64,000 nucleotides of DNA from Eledone cirrhosa (taxonomy: Eukaryota). The notes below the pieces were generated by a model that searched no databases, was not told where the DNA came from, and worked only from the letters and a program-made list of their open reading frames with translations. Shown piece by piece: positions 52,648 to 64,000 of this stretch. The stretch covers positions 361,088,001 through 361,152,000 of the forward strand of contig OZ024741.1 in NCBI GenBank assembly GCA_964016885.1. The letters are read 5' to 3'. Each line of letters opens with the position of its first letter. Positions within the stretch are counted from its first letter, which is position 1. Both the position numbers and the translations under genes were made by a program.

Positions 52648-53282
52648 ATTACATTGGTATGGTCATGTGATGCACATGAAAGAGGACAGCTGTATAAAAA
52701 AGTGCAGGGCGATCAAAATTGATGGAAGCTACAGAGTAGGTATACCCAGAAAAACCTGGGATGACATGATAAAAACTGACCATGCACACTTACACCTCTC
52801 TAAGACAATGTCACTGGATTGAGACTTTGGCACTACGCAGTAATACATAGGACTCGCCTTCCCTTATGTATGAAGTTAAACCTACAGTCAGTAGGCACCT
52901 CTTGACCAAATATACACCCCACCCACTACCCCTACTCCATCCTCCCACTTCCACCCACACTACCCTTTCTCTGTAAAAATTATGTTGGTACCACAGAACA
53001 TCCAGTTCACACTGTAAAGTGGTTGTGTAGGTGTCATAACAAACAAAAAGCACCCAGTCCACACTGTAAAGTGGTTGTGTAGGAAACACAATAAAGAGGC
53101 TCTCAGTCCACACTGTTAAATGTGGTTGGTGTTAGGAAGGGCATCCATCCATAGAAAATCTGCCAGATACAGTTCTATGCGAGCTAGACACAGTGACCCA
53201 ACCAATCTTGCCTCAAGTGGGACAATCCCATCTAACCCATGCTAGAGTGGAAGATGGACGTTAAACAATGATGATGGTGATG
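52648..53282 (+). mobile_element. RTE 3' end inserted in an R4/Dong-like 3' UTR remnant
   Basis: LHWYGHVMHMKEDSCIKKC...; R4-like UTR at 52605-52647 resumes at 53283-53315. Confidence 0.75.
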
Positions 53283-53377
53283 AAAGAGAGAGTCGGTTTC
53301 TAATATAGATACAAGGAATGTAAAGAGCCATAACAAATACTGCTAAGAATCTGTCTTCTGCTTTAACAACTGTAATG

Positions 53378-53443
53378 CTAACCTAACTCCAACCCTAACC
53401 ATAAACCTAACCCCAAACCTAACCCTAACTCTAATCCTAACCA
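53378..53443. repeat. Degenerate (CCCTAA)n telomere-like tract
   Basis: CTAACCTAACTCCAACCCTAACCATAAACCTAACCCCAAACCTAACCCTAACTCTAATCCTAACC. Confidence 0.7.
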
Positions 53444-54942
53444 CTGCCCTTAAAAAAGTACATAAGATAATACAATAAAATATAGTTAATTTTTTCTTAT
53501 ACAGGTTTCTGGTTTATATATAATTAGTCTTTATTGACTATTTCATATTGTTTACTGAATTATTCATTTATGTATTTATTTTTGTACCTGCCTAATGTTG
53601 ATGAGGGATCAATGATTCCATGAAAGGGTTGATGGTCTTAAATATTTAAGGATCTCTGCTCTAGACCAAACCAATAATATTTTTTACTTTTTATTACTTT
53701 GCCAGAATAATCATAATGGCATTCTATTTTGTTTGGCACCAACATAGAGAAGTTAACAGTTCTGTCTTAGATTGTTCAATTATATGAAAATTCATTGCTG
53801 GATTAATTACAATGACATGATTATTATGAATTATCGATCAATGATACTATAGCATAGTATAAACTATTATCAAGACAATGATAGGATTTTAATTTGAATA
53901 CTAAATACAACATTTCAGAAAATATGCTAATTTTCTCACTGTAAAGGAAATTTAGTTTCATGTATAAGAATTCACAATGAATCTAATTGATACAAGAATA
54001 AAGCATATTTATTTTTGAGTCCATATCAAATTTACAACAAAAAGTGCTCAGCCCACACTGTAAAGTGGTTGTGTAGGTGACATGACAAAATGCTCATCAA
54101 TCAGAAGGTGTATATATCATCTAAGCAACCACAAGGAAACATATATTTGATGGGCTTACAAACCCATTCACTCTTAGTTGTATTCTGAAATATATACTTA
54201 GTTAACTTGTGTAACTAGTTACATTAAGAAGGTATGATATCAATCATAGTTAGACAATCAGAATACTTGTGTATTGTAGAAGAGACAGAGGATAATAAAT
54301 GGATATTTGTGGTATGCTTGCCTTTCCCAAATATTTTCAACTGTATATATGATGTGAAATGTCTTCAAAGAAATGTTTATTGTTATTTGGTAATTAGTTC
54401 ATAAACATCTGATGTTTGAAAGATAAGATACAACTGTTTTAATAGTTTATGGAACTGTATCAGATCAAATACAGTTTGAACATTTTTCCTTTCTATAATT
54501 ACTTCTGCATGGGAAAGAAAGCATAAACAAATTCAATGGTAATCTTTATCATAACTCATGCAGAACAGATATTTTATGATTGCTATATGATTTACTACAA
54601 AGTTTTATTTACAGTATGTAGAGCATTAATAATAAATATATGAGAAATGCAAGTCAGCTCAGCATGTGACTGTGGGGATCCTGACCAGACAGTGCTGCAT
54701 ATTGTGTGGGATTTTCCCCCCTTAGACTTTTTCCCGACAGTCTGGAGGCAATCCTTAATATCAAATGACAACTTACTCTGGTCCACCAATCTTGATCTGT
54801 CTCTCTAACCACTGTGCATATGTCATACAACAAGAAGAAGCTAGATAAATTATCAAAACTCAGTTACTACTCAGTTACTACAGAGAGTGAGAGCAATAAA
54901 ACACAAGTCAGATGTAAGATGTCAATCTTATGTAAGATTGAA

Positions 54943-55000
54943 AGAAGAAGAAGAAGAAGAAGAAGAAGAAGAAGAAGAAGAAGAAGAAGAAGAAGAAGAA
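54943..55000. repeat. (AGA)n microsatellite
   Basis: Direct reading. Confidence 0.95.
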
Positions 55001-57788
55001 TTATATAAACATTTTCTGTGATTAATAAACAAATTACCATGCATTGAGGAAATATTCAAAGTGGTGGAGAGGATTTTATGGTTTTATGACCTGTCATTTA
55101 ATTTAGTGAGCATGAGTTTGGAATTTATAGTAAAAAATACAAGGTTGGTAATTTTCTTATCAGAACATGAAGTGTCAAAAATTAGGTTTGTCAACTTACC
55201 AAATTGTAAGTTGAAATTAATATATTTGGGTGAAGAAGGGTTTACATGTGGTAGGAATGACCAAGATTGCTAAATACCCTGATAACAAGAATGATTAAAA
55301 ATCTGTTTTTGGTATTATTGACACTCTTGTTAAAACTATAAAAAAACTCTTAAAAATTTAAAGGTGAAGAATTTTTTGTCAGTCACAATGTTTGAAAACT
55401 GATGAGAAACCAAGGAATGCATTTGGACACCCTGGTCTATTGAAGCCATTTATATCAGAATGGACATCTGTTAGTTTTGATTATCTGTATTCCAGTTGGA
55501 ACAGCCTCTTTGTGAGATTATCATACTTATATTTCCCAGACATATACTTAACATAATTATTAGCTTGAAAAACTGTAATTACAGGCTTGAAATTCAAGAT
55601 AATAGGAGCAAGTAGCAAAATGAAGATGATGTTTGTTGTTTTCTTCTTGAGACATATGTTATTATACTTTGAGTATGCACCATGTAATTCTGTTCCTTTT
55701 CAACAACTACCATAAAAGACACATTGCTGCCATTCCATTGCTGAGGGAATATCTGTATATCCTTAAGTAACCACAGACAAAATTTTGGTAGCATGTATTT
55801 CCATCATTCATACATGGCATTGAAGTGAAGGGGTCCAACTCATGTTCATATGGTCATCAGTTCAACTTCTAACTGTATTATACCATTGAGCAAAACGCTT
55901 TATCTGACATTGTTCCAGTCCACTCAACTTGGAAAAAAAATGAGTTTTAACTGAAATTCAAACACACTGTGCTATGTCATGGTGAAACTCCTTAAGAATT
56001 ACGTCAAGAGTACACATCTAAAATCTTTCATGAGTAGGTTGTTCTGCTGATCAAACAACTGGAAAACATATCATCAGTAATGATGGAAATCCATCGCACA
56101 CTGAATAAAAGTTGCTAATGTTAAACCAATTTCTACATTCTGATATCAGAAAAATAATATTAGAAACCAAACAAACATACATTTATTGACAACCTAAAGC
56201 CAATCTGTGACACGTACATTTTATAAATGTAATATTTGGGTTCATACTTTGGAATCTTGAAAACATTGAATTATTTTGTGCAGTAACCAAGGCTGTATTA
56301 TTTTAAAAATCTGACTAGGCTAAAGCCCACAGGAACTGAGGACTTGTCAGTTTCATTTTTTAAATATTTTGCTGCATTGGGGTGAAAGATTGAAATGCTA
56401 GAAGGGGTCTCAAATACCTGAAAGCCTAGAGGCCTAGCCATGAATTAATATGGTTCTGATAGTAACATTAATTGTTTCATCTGTCCTAAGCCCAATGCAA
56501 TTCACTATCTTTTAACATCCATTTTCCATGCTTGCAAGGGTTGGATGGATCTTGACAGACTAAGTCAGTACTCAAGTGGGGCTACAGAATTTTCAGATGG
56601 GCTAGGGGCCGGCTCCTTGTTTATATGCAATCCCAGACTCTGCTGAGTGCATTTTATCATGACACCAGCAGTAGTGAAGTGTTATGTCTGTGACACAGCT
56701 GAAGAGTCCTTCTGACCCTTTGTTTGGTAAGTTTTCTTGGGCTGAATGCCCTTCTTATCACCAACTACTTTATAAAATATACTAAGTGTAGATTATCAAC
56801 ATTTGAGAGGTTGTCATGCCATTGATACAACTGAAAAGATCTTCTGGGCCCTTTTTGGCATGGTTTCTACAGTGGATGTATAGGGTGCATTTTTGTGGTA
56901 CCAACATTAATGAGGTTGTCAATCATTATCTCAACCGAAGAGCCCTCTTAGCCTTAGGAAGAGGTAGGGTAGGAGAAGGAGGATAAATATGATGTTATAG
57001 GTGTAATGCAAGTGTTATTGGATTTGACAGAGTCTTAGTTGTTAAAAAATTGTACAATTGAATTACAAAGACATGCCATATGTTGATATCACAGAAATGT
57101 CCTTAGCAGGGATGCTTGCATTTAACTAATGTTTCTTACTAAGTTATTACACTAAGCCAGAACAATAATATTCTGAATTAGACTCATCTTGCATTTTATT
57201 TCTTGTAACTTAACCTTTTACCTACACACCCTTTACTGTTGCTTGTTATTTGATCATTTTAATGATCAAATACTACAGTGACAGGTTCTTTCAATCTTAC
57301 ATAAGATTGACATCGTACATCTGTCTTGTGTTTTATTGCTCTCACTCTCTCTCTCTTCTCACTCTTGACCTCTCTTTTTCTTGCTTGGCCTCCTCCCTCT
57401 CTAGCTTGCTGTGAATCCCTATAAATCTACTCTATTAATCCCTATACAATGTTTCCTAATCTGATCTCTTGCTTTCAAACTACTCCCACCAGGCGAATGA
57501 CTGGAAGTAAACAAAAATTTGAGAAACTTGTTAAACTTTAAAATGGATGAAATTGTTTAAACTATTTACATAATGGAGTTGTGAAACAAAAACTATATTC
57601 TAAACAACACTTAAAATATTTTAAACATCAAAATATTAAAACTTTATAAATATATATATATAAATATAAATCAAAACCACACCATCTAAATAAAATGTTT
57701 TGATTGGCTGCCTCAGTTTATAAATGTGGTTTGAATTTTTACCTATATCTCAGACAAAAAATAAGGGGTCAATTTATATTCGAGTATA

Positions 57789-57866
57789 CAGGGTGTCTCC
57801 AAAAAATGTATATACACTTCAACATAAATATAATCAAAGTGTGTATATATTTTTTGGGACACTCTG
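57789..57866. mobile_element. Tc1/mariner-type mini-MITE (78 bp)
   Basis: TA|CAGGGTGTCTCCAAAAAATGTATATACACTT ... AAGTGTGTATATATTTTTTGGGACACTCTG|TA. Confidence 0.75.
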
Positions 57867-59349
57867 TATACAGTAAATAAACCCTGTCATTTTTTACATG
57901 TACTCTGCGTGACATATAGGGAGGTAGGTTCCATCTCCTTCGGTTCCAACAAGTGTTCCAGTTGTTTAAACAATGGAACAGCCTGTTCATAAAATTAACC
58001 TGGAGGTGGCTGAGCATTCCATAGACAGCTATACCATTAATGTAGTCCTTGAGAAGATCCAGAATATCCTAGGTTGGTTTTTTGAATTACAGGTGCAACT
58101 TATTTTTGCTGGCTGAATGGACTGGAACAATGTGTTAAAGGTTACATTACGCTACCCACAATTGAGCATAGGACCATACGATCATGAGCTGAACACCTTA
58201 ATCACCAGGCCATGTAAGATATATTAATATAGTAAAACACATACACACACACATCACCATCATACCGTATAACATCCATTTTTCCATGCTTGTATGGGTT
58301 AGATGGGTCTTCCATGTCATGAGACAAGTCTGGCCAGATTGGATGTGCCGTACCTTGCTCAGACAGAAATGTAAATTTGACTGGAATTTTTACAGCTGGA
58401 TGCCCTTCCTAACACCAACCACATTTACGGTGTGGTACTGAGGAGAGACAGGCCAGTTGGCTGCCCTGTATCCTGCTCACAGCAGAACCATTATATTTAT
58501 ATATATTCTTTATTATGGTTAAGTGGTGACCCTTGTTACTCTGGAGGTTTAACCTGTGTACTCACATGATCATCAATATCACACACACACACACATATAT
58601 ATATATAATTGTTTCTACTTTTGGCACAAGGCCAGCAATTACCCAGTGGATTACTGGTACATTATTTTATCGAACCCGTAAGGATGAAAGGCAAAGTTAA
58701 CCTCGGCGGGATTTATAATAATGAGTATAAATCAAAGTGTAGCTGCAATATAATTGCTAGAACAGCTGTTAAAAAAAGCTAAATGCTGTCAAAGACAGCA
58801 ATGGGCAAAAATGCTTCAGAGGAAACAGACCAGCAGCCAGTGGTCAACAGAAAGACAATCCACAAGGTGGGTGACAGACAGATGAAATATAGAAAAGATT
58901 GAAAGAGGAGGAAGAGAAGGAGAAGTGTGCTGGCACACAGAAGTGACTGGAAGAAGGAAATAAAGAAAGGTGATGTACAAGACAAGTTTATATACACACA
59001 TCTTCACCCTCATCAACTCTCAAACCAGCAAAATGATTTCGCATGATTTAAATGAGAGTACCATTTTAAAATGCTGGATTGTGCAACAGAAAAATAAATC
59101 TTTCTGCTGGTATGATGTATGTGTGATAAAACAAACAGCACAGATAGAAGGATGAAAGAAAACAAAGAAAAGGAAAATAATTGAAGAGTGAACCTCAAGC
59201 TGTGGTGTCTGTACTAAATAGAAAGCTAATCATAGCTATGATAAAGTTAAATGAAAAAACAATGTTGTCTCTGATCGAGACAAAGCAAGAGTGTATTTGA
59301 ATACATATAAAAATCAGAAAACACATCACTAGAACAACCGTTATATACA

Positions 59350-59380
<31 letters not shown>

Positions 59381-59394
59381 GTATATATATAGTA

Positions 59395-59795
59395 ATAATA
59401 ATAAATTTGAAAGAGGGCTAAAATCGAAAGAGGGCTCGATAAGGATAAATATATATCAAATATATAAGAACCCTTGAGCCAATATTTATTAAAATAACAG
59501 ATTAAAGTTTAAGCAATCTACGACTTCATTTACACCATAAACATGGTTTTGTCTTTGCGTGTATTTGTTCTCATTGCTCCAGATAACAACATTTTATCTC
59601 CACTTTTTTCCGTTCATTGCCAGGGAACGTCTTCATGAACCAAAGTAGCCTCTTCCTGTTTTCCTTCGGTTGCAACGGTTTTTGAAATATTTACTTCTGC
59701 GTTCACAGATTGATTTTTTTTTAGTTTCAGAAGATCCCGTTAAGGGTGAAAGCAGAGATTCTTTGCTTAAACTTTAATCTGTTATTTTAATTAAT
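59395..59795 (+). mobile_element. Non-coding pLTR-like island with short inversion
   Basis: 59489-59516 inverted at 59763-59790; hammerhead-like relic 59728-59751; in TA-rich tracts. Confidence 0.45.
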
Positions 59796-59812
59796 ATATA
59801 TATATGTGTATG

Positions 59813-59895
<83 letters not shown>

Positions 59896-60136
59896 GTGTT
59901 TGTGAGTATAAAAAACTGGTTGGCTTGAAAAGCATTGAGATAATTACATAATGTTGCCCACCTCATGCCGAGATAGAAAAAAGTGGGCAGAAGTATCTAC
60001 AAGGAATCAAACCCTGCATCTCCCAGATGCCAGATGAGAAGGGTAAACAAACAGTCAACCTAAGAAACATTGGAAAAATTTTGAAATTTGAAATGTAATC
60101 TTCCAAATGCAAATTACTATAATACAGACACTCGCA

Positions 60137-60179
<43 letters not shown>

Positions 60180-60564
60180 CAGTGGCGAAGGGTAACGTGG
60201 AAAGCAGGGCATGCAGTCCAATCTCCATGGCAGAAAGTGGGACTGTGCAGCCTTAACCCCCCCCCCCCCCAATTCCCTCTAAATGACCCTCCCGGTCAAA
60301 GCTGCATGTAGTGTTATCTAGTGTGTGTGTGTTATCTTTTTATGTGTCTACGATTTAGTAAGCAGCCAAAATTCTGCTTGCTTCAACTGACGCTGTCGTG
60401 TGTTTGTGTATATGTGTGTGTGTCTGTGTGTGTGTTATCTTTTTATGTGTCTACGATTTAGTGAGCAGCCAAAATTCTGCTTGCTTCAACCGATGCAATT
60501 GATCAACTCAAGATTCTATAATGCATGCACTGCATGTGTTGCATGCACACACCCTTCACTCCTG
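60180..60564. mobile_element. MITE with CAGTGGCG terminus and internal ~65-bp duplication
   Basis: CAGTGGCGAAGGGT / ACCCTTCACTCCTG imperfect TIRs. Confidence 0.5.
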
Positions 60565-60580
60565 ATATATATATATATAT

Positions 60581-61277
60581 AAATGAAAGGTATAGAAATT
60601 GTTTTAACGATAAGCTAACAGTGTTCCATAACATATATGCGACTATGTCGTCAAGATGGGAAAAATAGTTAACGTAAGATGTAGGAAAAATAATTCAAAC
60701 TCATCTCAAAAGAGAATCAGGATACAAATTCATCCACAGAATTTAGTGAAATCCAGGGAAAAATCAATAGACCCTTAACTCATGATAAAATAAAGTTTAA
60801 AATACTTATCCTTCAATTTGGAAAAACATCAAATGCTCTGTATAGTCTTAAAGACTATTTCATGAAAACTTTCAGTGGAGATGGTCACAGTTGGATTTCA
60901 ATCGTCAGCAGAGCTCAACAGATAACCAGGGCTTCTACAGAATTATAAGCCAAAAAGGGAATTCTAAAACTGGCTAGTTCACCATCATGCGTGATTATGA
61001 AAAAGGCACATGAGGAAAAACGGGGCTAGTGACGTCAGGATGAAAATGAATGTTTGTTTACGAGAAATAACAGTCAAATACATTCCGAAAAAAAACTCTA
61101 CAAAAGGAGTTCAGCAAACAGCAATATTATCGCAGTTTTTATAAAAAAACCGGGATTAGTCACAGATAATTTAAGCACTCAAGGAAAAGAATCCGAGTAT
61201 AAGTATAAATGAAAGGTATAGAAATTGTTTTCGCGAGAAGCTAACAGTATTCTATAATATATATGCGACTATGTCGT
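60581..61277 (-). mobile_element. Non-coding 626-nt tandem unit (pLTR/retrozyme-like)
   Basis: Direct repeat 60581-60651 = 61207-61277; bounded by (TA)n; internal hammerhead. Confidence 0.72.
60835..60914 (-). ncRNA. Type I hammerhead ribozyme with full stem III
   Basis: Minus strand: GCTCTG-CTGACGA-T-TGAAA...TTTCA-T-GAAA-TAGTCT(TTA)AGACTA-TA-CAGAGC. Confidence 0.82.
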
Positions 61278-61480
61278 GAAGATATATATATGTGCACACA
61301 TATATATATGTATGTGTACACACACATACATATATATGTGCACACATATACATATATATGTGCACACACACATACATATATATCTGTATATGTATGTATG
61401 TATGTATGCAATTATACAAAAATACATACATGCATACATATATACACACACATACATACATACATACACACATACATACA

Positions 61481-61749
61481 TAAAATATGTAAAACATTCC
61501 AAAAATGTTGCATTTAATAACTGCATATATACACATGTACAGATACTACGCATATACACATGCACACATACAACTCAAAACATACACATCCACACATACA
61601 ATAACATCCATATCTACACATGCATGCAGACATGCAGACATATCTACCTAGTTGATGTGTAAATTCCAATGAGAGAGTCTTGTGTCTATGTTAGAAACCG
61701 ACTCTCTCTCTAATGGCAAAAATTTGTGAAATTATAAAACCAGAAGAAC
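61481..61749 (+). mobile_element. R4/Dong-like 3' end in (CATA)n
   Basis: KICKTFQKCCI* and UTR match revcomp 33360-33627. Confidence 0.8.
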
Positions 61750-61819
<70 letters not shown>

Positions 61820-61821
<2 letters not shown>

Positions 61822-62425
61822 TGGCTGCCAACTCGTTTTCGAGTACGGCCACTACTTTATATCCATGTAGGAGAACCCCTACCGATGCGCTGAACGAGTG
61901 TGACTTTTTAGTCCTGCCAGCGACTTGGAAACTCTGGTACAAACACTACACTTGTGACAATTATTGACACATAGTGCTGGGCCCATGGTACCATGTGACG
62001 ACAAGTGCAGAGAGATGTCCAGATATAAAGCAATGCCTGTGCCATGAAGCTTTTATAGTGAGCAAAGGCATTGCACAAAGCCAGTCCCACTCTCTTAACC
62101 AAGATGATATTTACCAAAAAGAAGAACAAGTCAACATCATTGGATACCATCAGGGTTGCAGGTGTTATATCAGAGTTTTCCTTCTCCTAGAATTCTGCCT
62201 TGACAAAGGCGAAGGGGTCATCTCTCCCGGTGATTTTGGATGGCCATTGACTCTTAAGAGTTCCTTTGCCCTTTGACAGGTTTTGTTTTTAGTCCTGCAG
62301 GATGTCCAAAGTCACCCTCCTCACCAAGAAACCTTGGTGGGGTTGCCAGTTTAGTCGCCAACGACTCAACCATGAGACTGGTTGTACTGGCATATATGTT
62401 AGCAGTAGCACCAACTGGTGACCTG
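61820..62425 (-). mobile_element. RTE-derived non-autonomous element (longer copy)
   Basis: Revcomp near-identical to 23474-23936 with ~150 extra 5' bases. Confidence 0.65.
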
Positions 62426-62600
62426 ACATACATACATGCATACATGCATGCATACATGCATGCATACATACATGCATGCATACATACATACATACATACA
62501 TACATGCATGCATGCATGCATGCATACATACATACATACATACATACATACATACATGCATGCATGCATGCATACATACATACATACATACATACATACA

Positions 62601-62631
<31 letters not shown>

Positions 62632-62733
62632 GATAGATTACCCAAGTGTAGTTGGCATGAACTTTGGCAAAAACTGAAAGGAAATTGCATGATATAGCTG
62701 CTCCATATCTTACCAGGATGTGTCTATTCTCTC

Positions 62734-62770
<37 letters not shown>

Positions 62771-62815
62771 TCTTCTTCTTCTCCTATCTATCTATATCTA
62801 TCTATCTATCTATTC

Positions 62816-62861
<46 letters not shown>

Positions 62862-63008
62862 GTCTTTGTATTGTCCCACACACACACAGGAATAATCTAC
62901 AAATGTTAATTTGTTTCTAACCTGAATGACACGTAAAATGTCAGAGTTTGTGTGAGATTATGTCCACATGCTAATGCATGCTCACACACACACGTTATAA
63001 ATGTATGC

Positions 63009-63051
<43 letters not shown>

Positions 63052-63143
63052 AGTAATATATGTCTCTCTTTTTCTATATATATATGTGTGTATATATATA
63101 TATATGTGTGTGTGTGTATATATATGTATATATATGTATATAT

Positions 63144-63215
<72 letters not shown>

Positions 63216-63250
63216 ATATACATATATATACATATATATACATATATATA
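62426..63250. repeat. Compound microsatellite field (CATA/CATG, CT, CTAT, TA)
   Basis: Direct reading. Confidence 0.9.
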
Positions 63251-64000
63251 TATTGGTGGTGTGTGTGTGTTATTATATCTGAATGTTTCTTATTACCAGA
63301 GTCAAAGTTTAGCATGCTGCATCATTACCATCAACAACAACAATAACAATACCAATAACAATAGCAATAGCAATAATAATAACAACAACAACAATAACAT
63401 CAATAGCAGCAACTAGTCACCACCTATTTGTTTGCAAATATTTCTATGCCATGTTAAAACTGTTACAATGTCTATTTATTTAACATCAGTGTTTTTGATT
63501 TGTGCTGGCATTTCATTTCACTGTAGCTACATGAGCTTCCTTGCAATACAATTAGACTGTTTTCTGATATAAACAGATAGATGTAATGGAGCCTGAACTT
63601 CTGATGGGATTGCAAGGGTGCCATTTTGCATAGGCAGCCTCTGGGTATTTAGCACCCTAAGCTAGCTTTATAATGTGCACCCCATTCTCTTAAATAAAAT
63701 AATTTCTATTTACAGTTTGGTAAGTAGACAAACTTAGATTTTGACACTTCTTGCTTTGACCACACTAAGAACATTACTAAGCCTGCATTTTCTTCTACAC
63801 TGTCCACACACACCTATGCCAAATCATGTCACAGGTCATAACACCATACAATTCTCTCTTCGATTTTGAATATTTCCACGATGTTGCTACACAGCAAAGA
63901 TGTTTAGTGATTTATTTATGGGAGGAAATTATTAAATCCAATTTAATTATACAAATCTGTATAAAATTATAACCCCTTAATGTTCAATAGTGGACTTCTC

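Noticed and set aside
53378-53443. True telomere or fusion site
   Set aside because: Short and degenerate, single orientation.
53595-53645. Hammerhead TTGATGA-GGGATC/GATTCC-ATGAAA
   Set aside because: Stem III and stem I do not pair; unpaired U3.G8.
59728-59762. Hammerhead CAGAAGA-T-CCC/GGG-T-GAAA
   Set aside because: Core mutated and stems III/I absent at the inversion junction; relic only.
61252-63416. Numerous ORFs of YI/CV/MY/HT repeats (also elsewhere) and antisense ORFs over LINEs
   Set aside because: Translations of microsatellites or shadow frames of RT genes.

Overview
Eukaryotic (animal) repeat-dominated DNA: AT-rich and full of microsatellites, with no host exon I can support. 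The repeat content (RTE LINEs with (GAT)n tails, Meta-/CORE-type tRNA SINEs, long (TA)n/(CATA)n tracts) resembles an octopod cephalopod genome, which is an inference. Coding remnants are all transposon-derived: RTE LINEs whose RT carries an inserted PHD finger, an R4/Dong-like restriction-endonuclease LINE, Tx1/L1, CR1, CRE-like and BovB-like 3' ends, a Penelope-like GIY-YIG endonuclease, a Tigger/pogo transposase, and hAT, piggyBac, Kolobok and mariner MITEs. Two minisatellites (47 bp and 34 bp units) are present. The main discovery is invisible to the ORF track. Most of the apparently anonymous islands sitting inside (TA)n tracts are non-coding Penelope-pseudo-LTR/retrozyme-like units of about 300-640 nt, in tandem or inverted arrangement, from unrelated families, and most contain a type I hammerhead ribozyme fold. 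I read 8 complete hammerheads by eye: five canonical, two with the compensatory U3-A8 core and one U4C. A further, more deviant motif is conserved in three copies, and there are several relics. All folds were assigned by manual base-pairing; none is experimentally or computationally verified.
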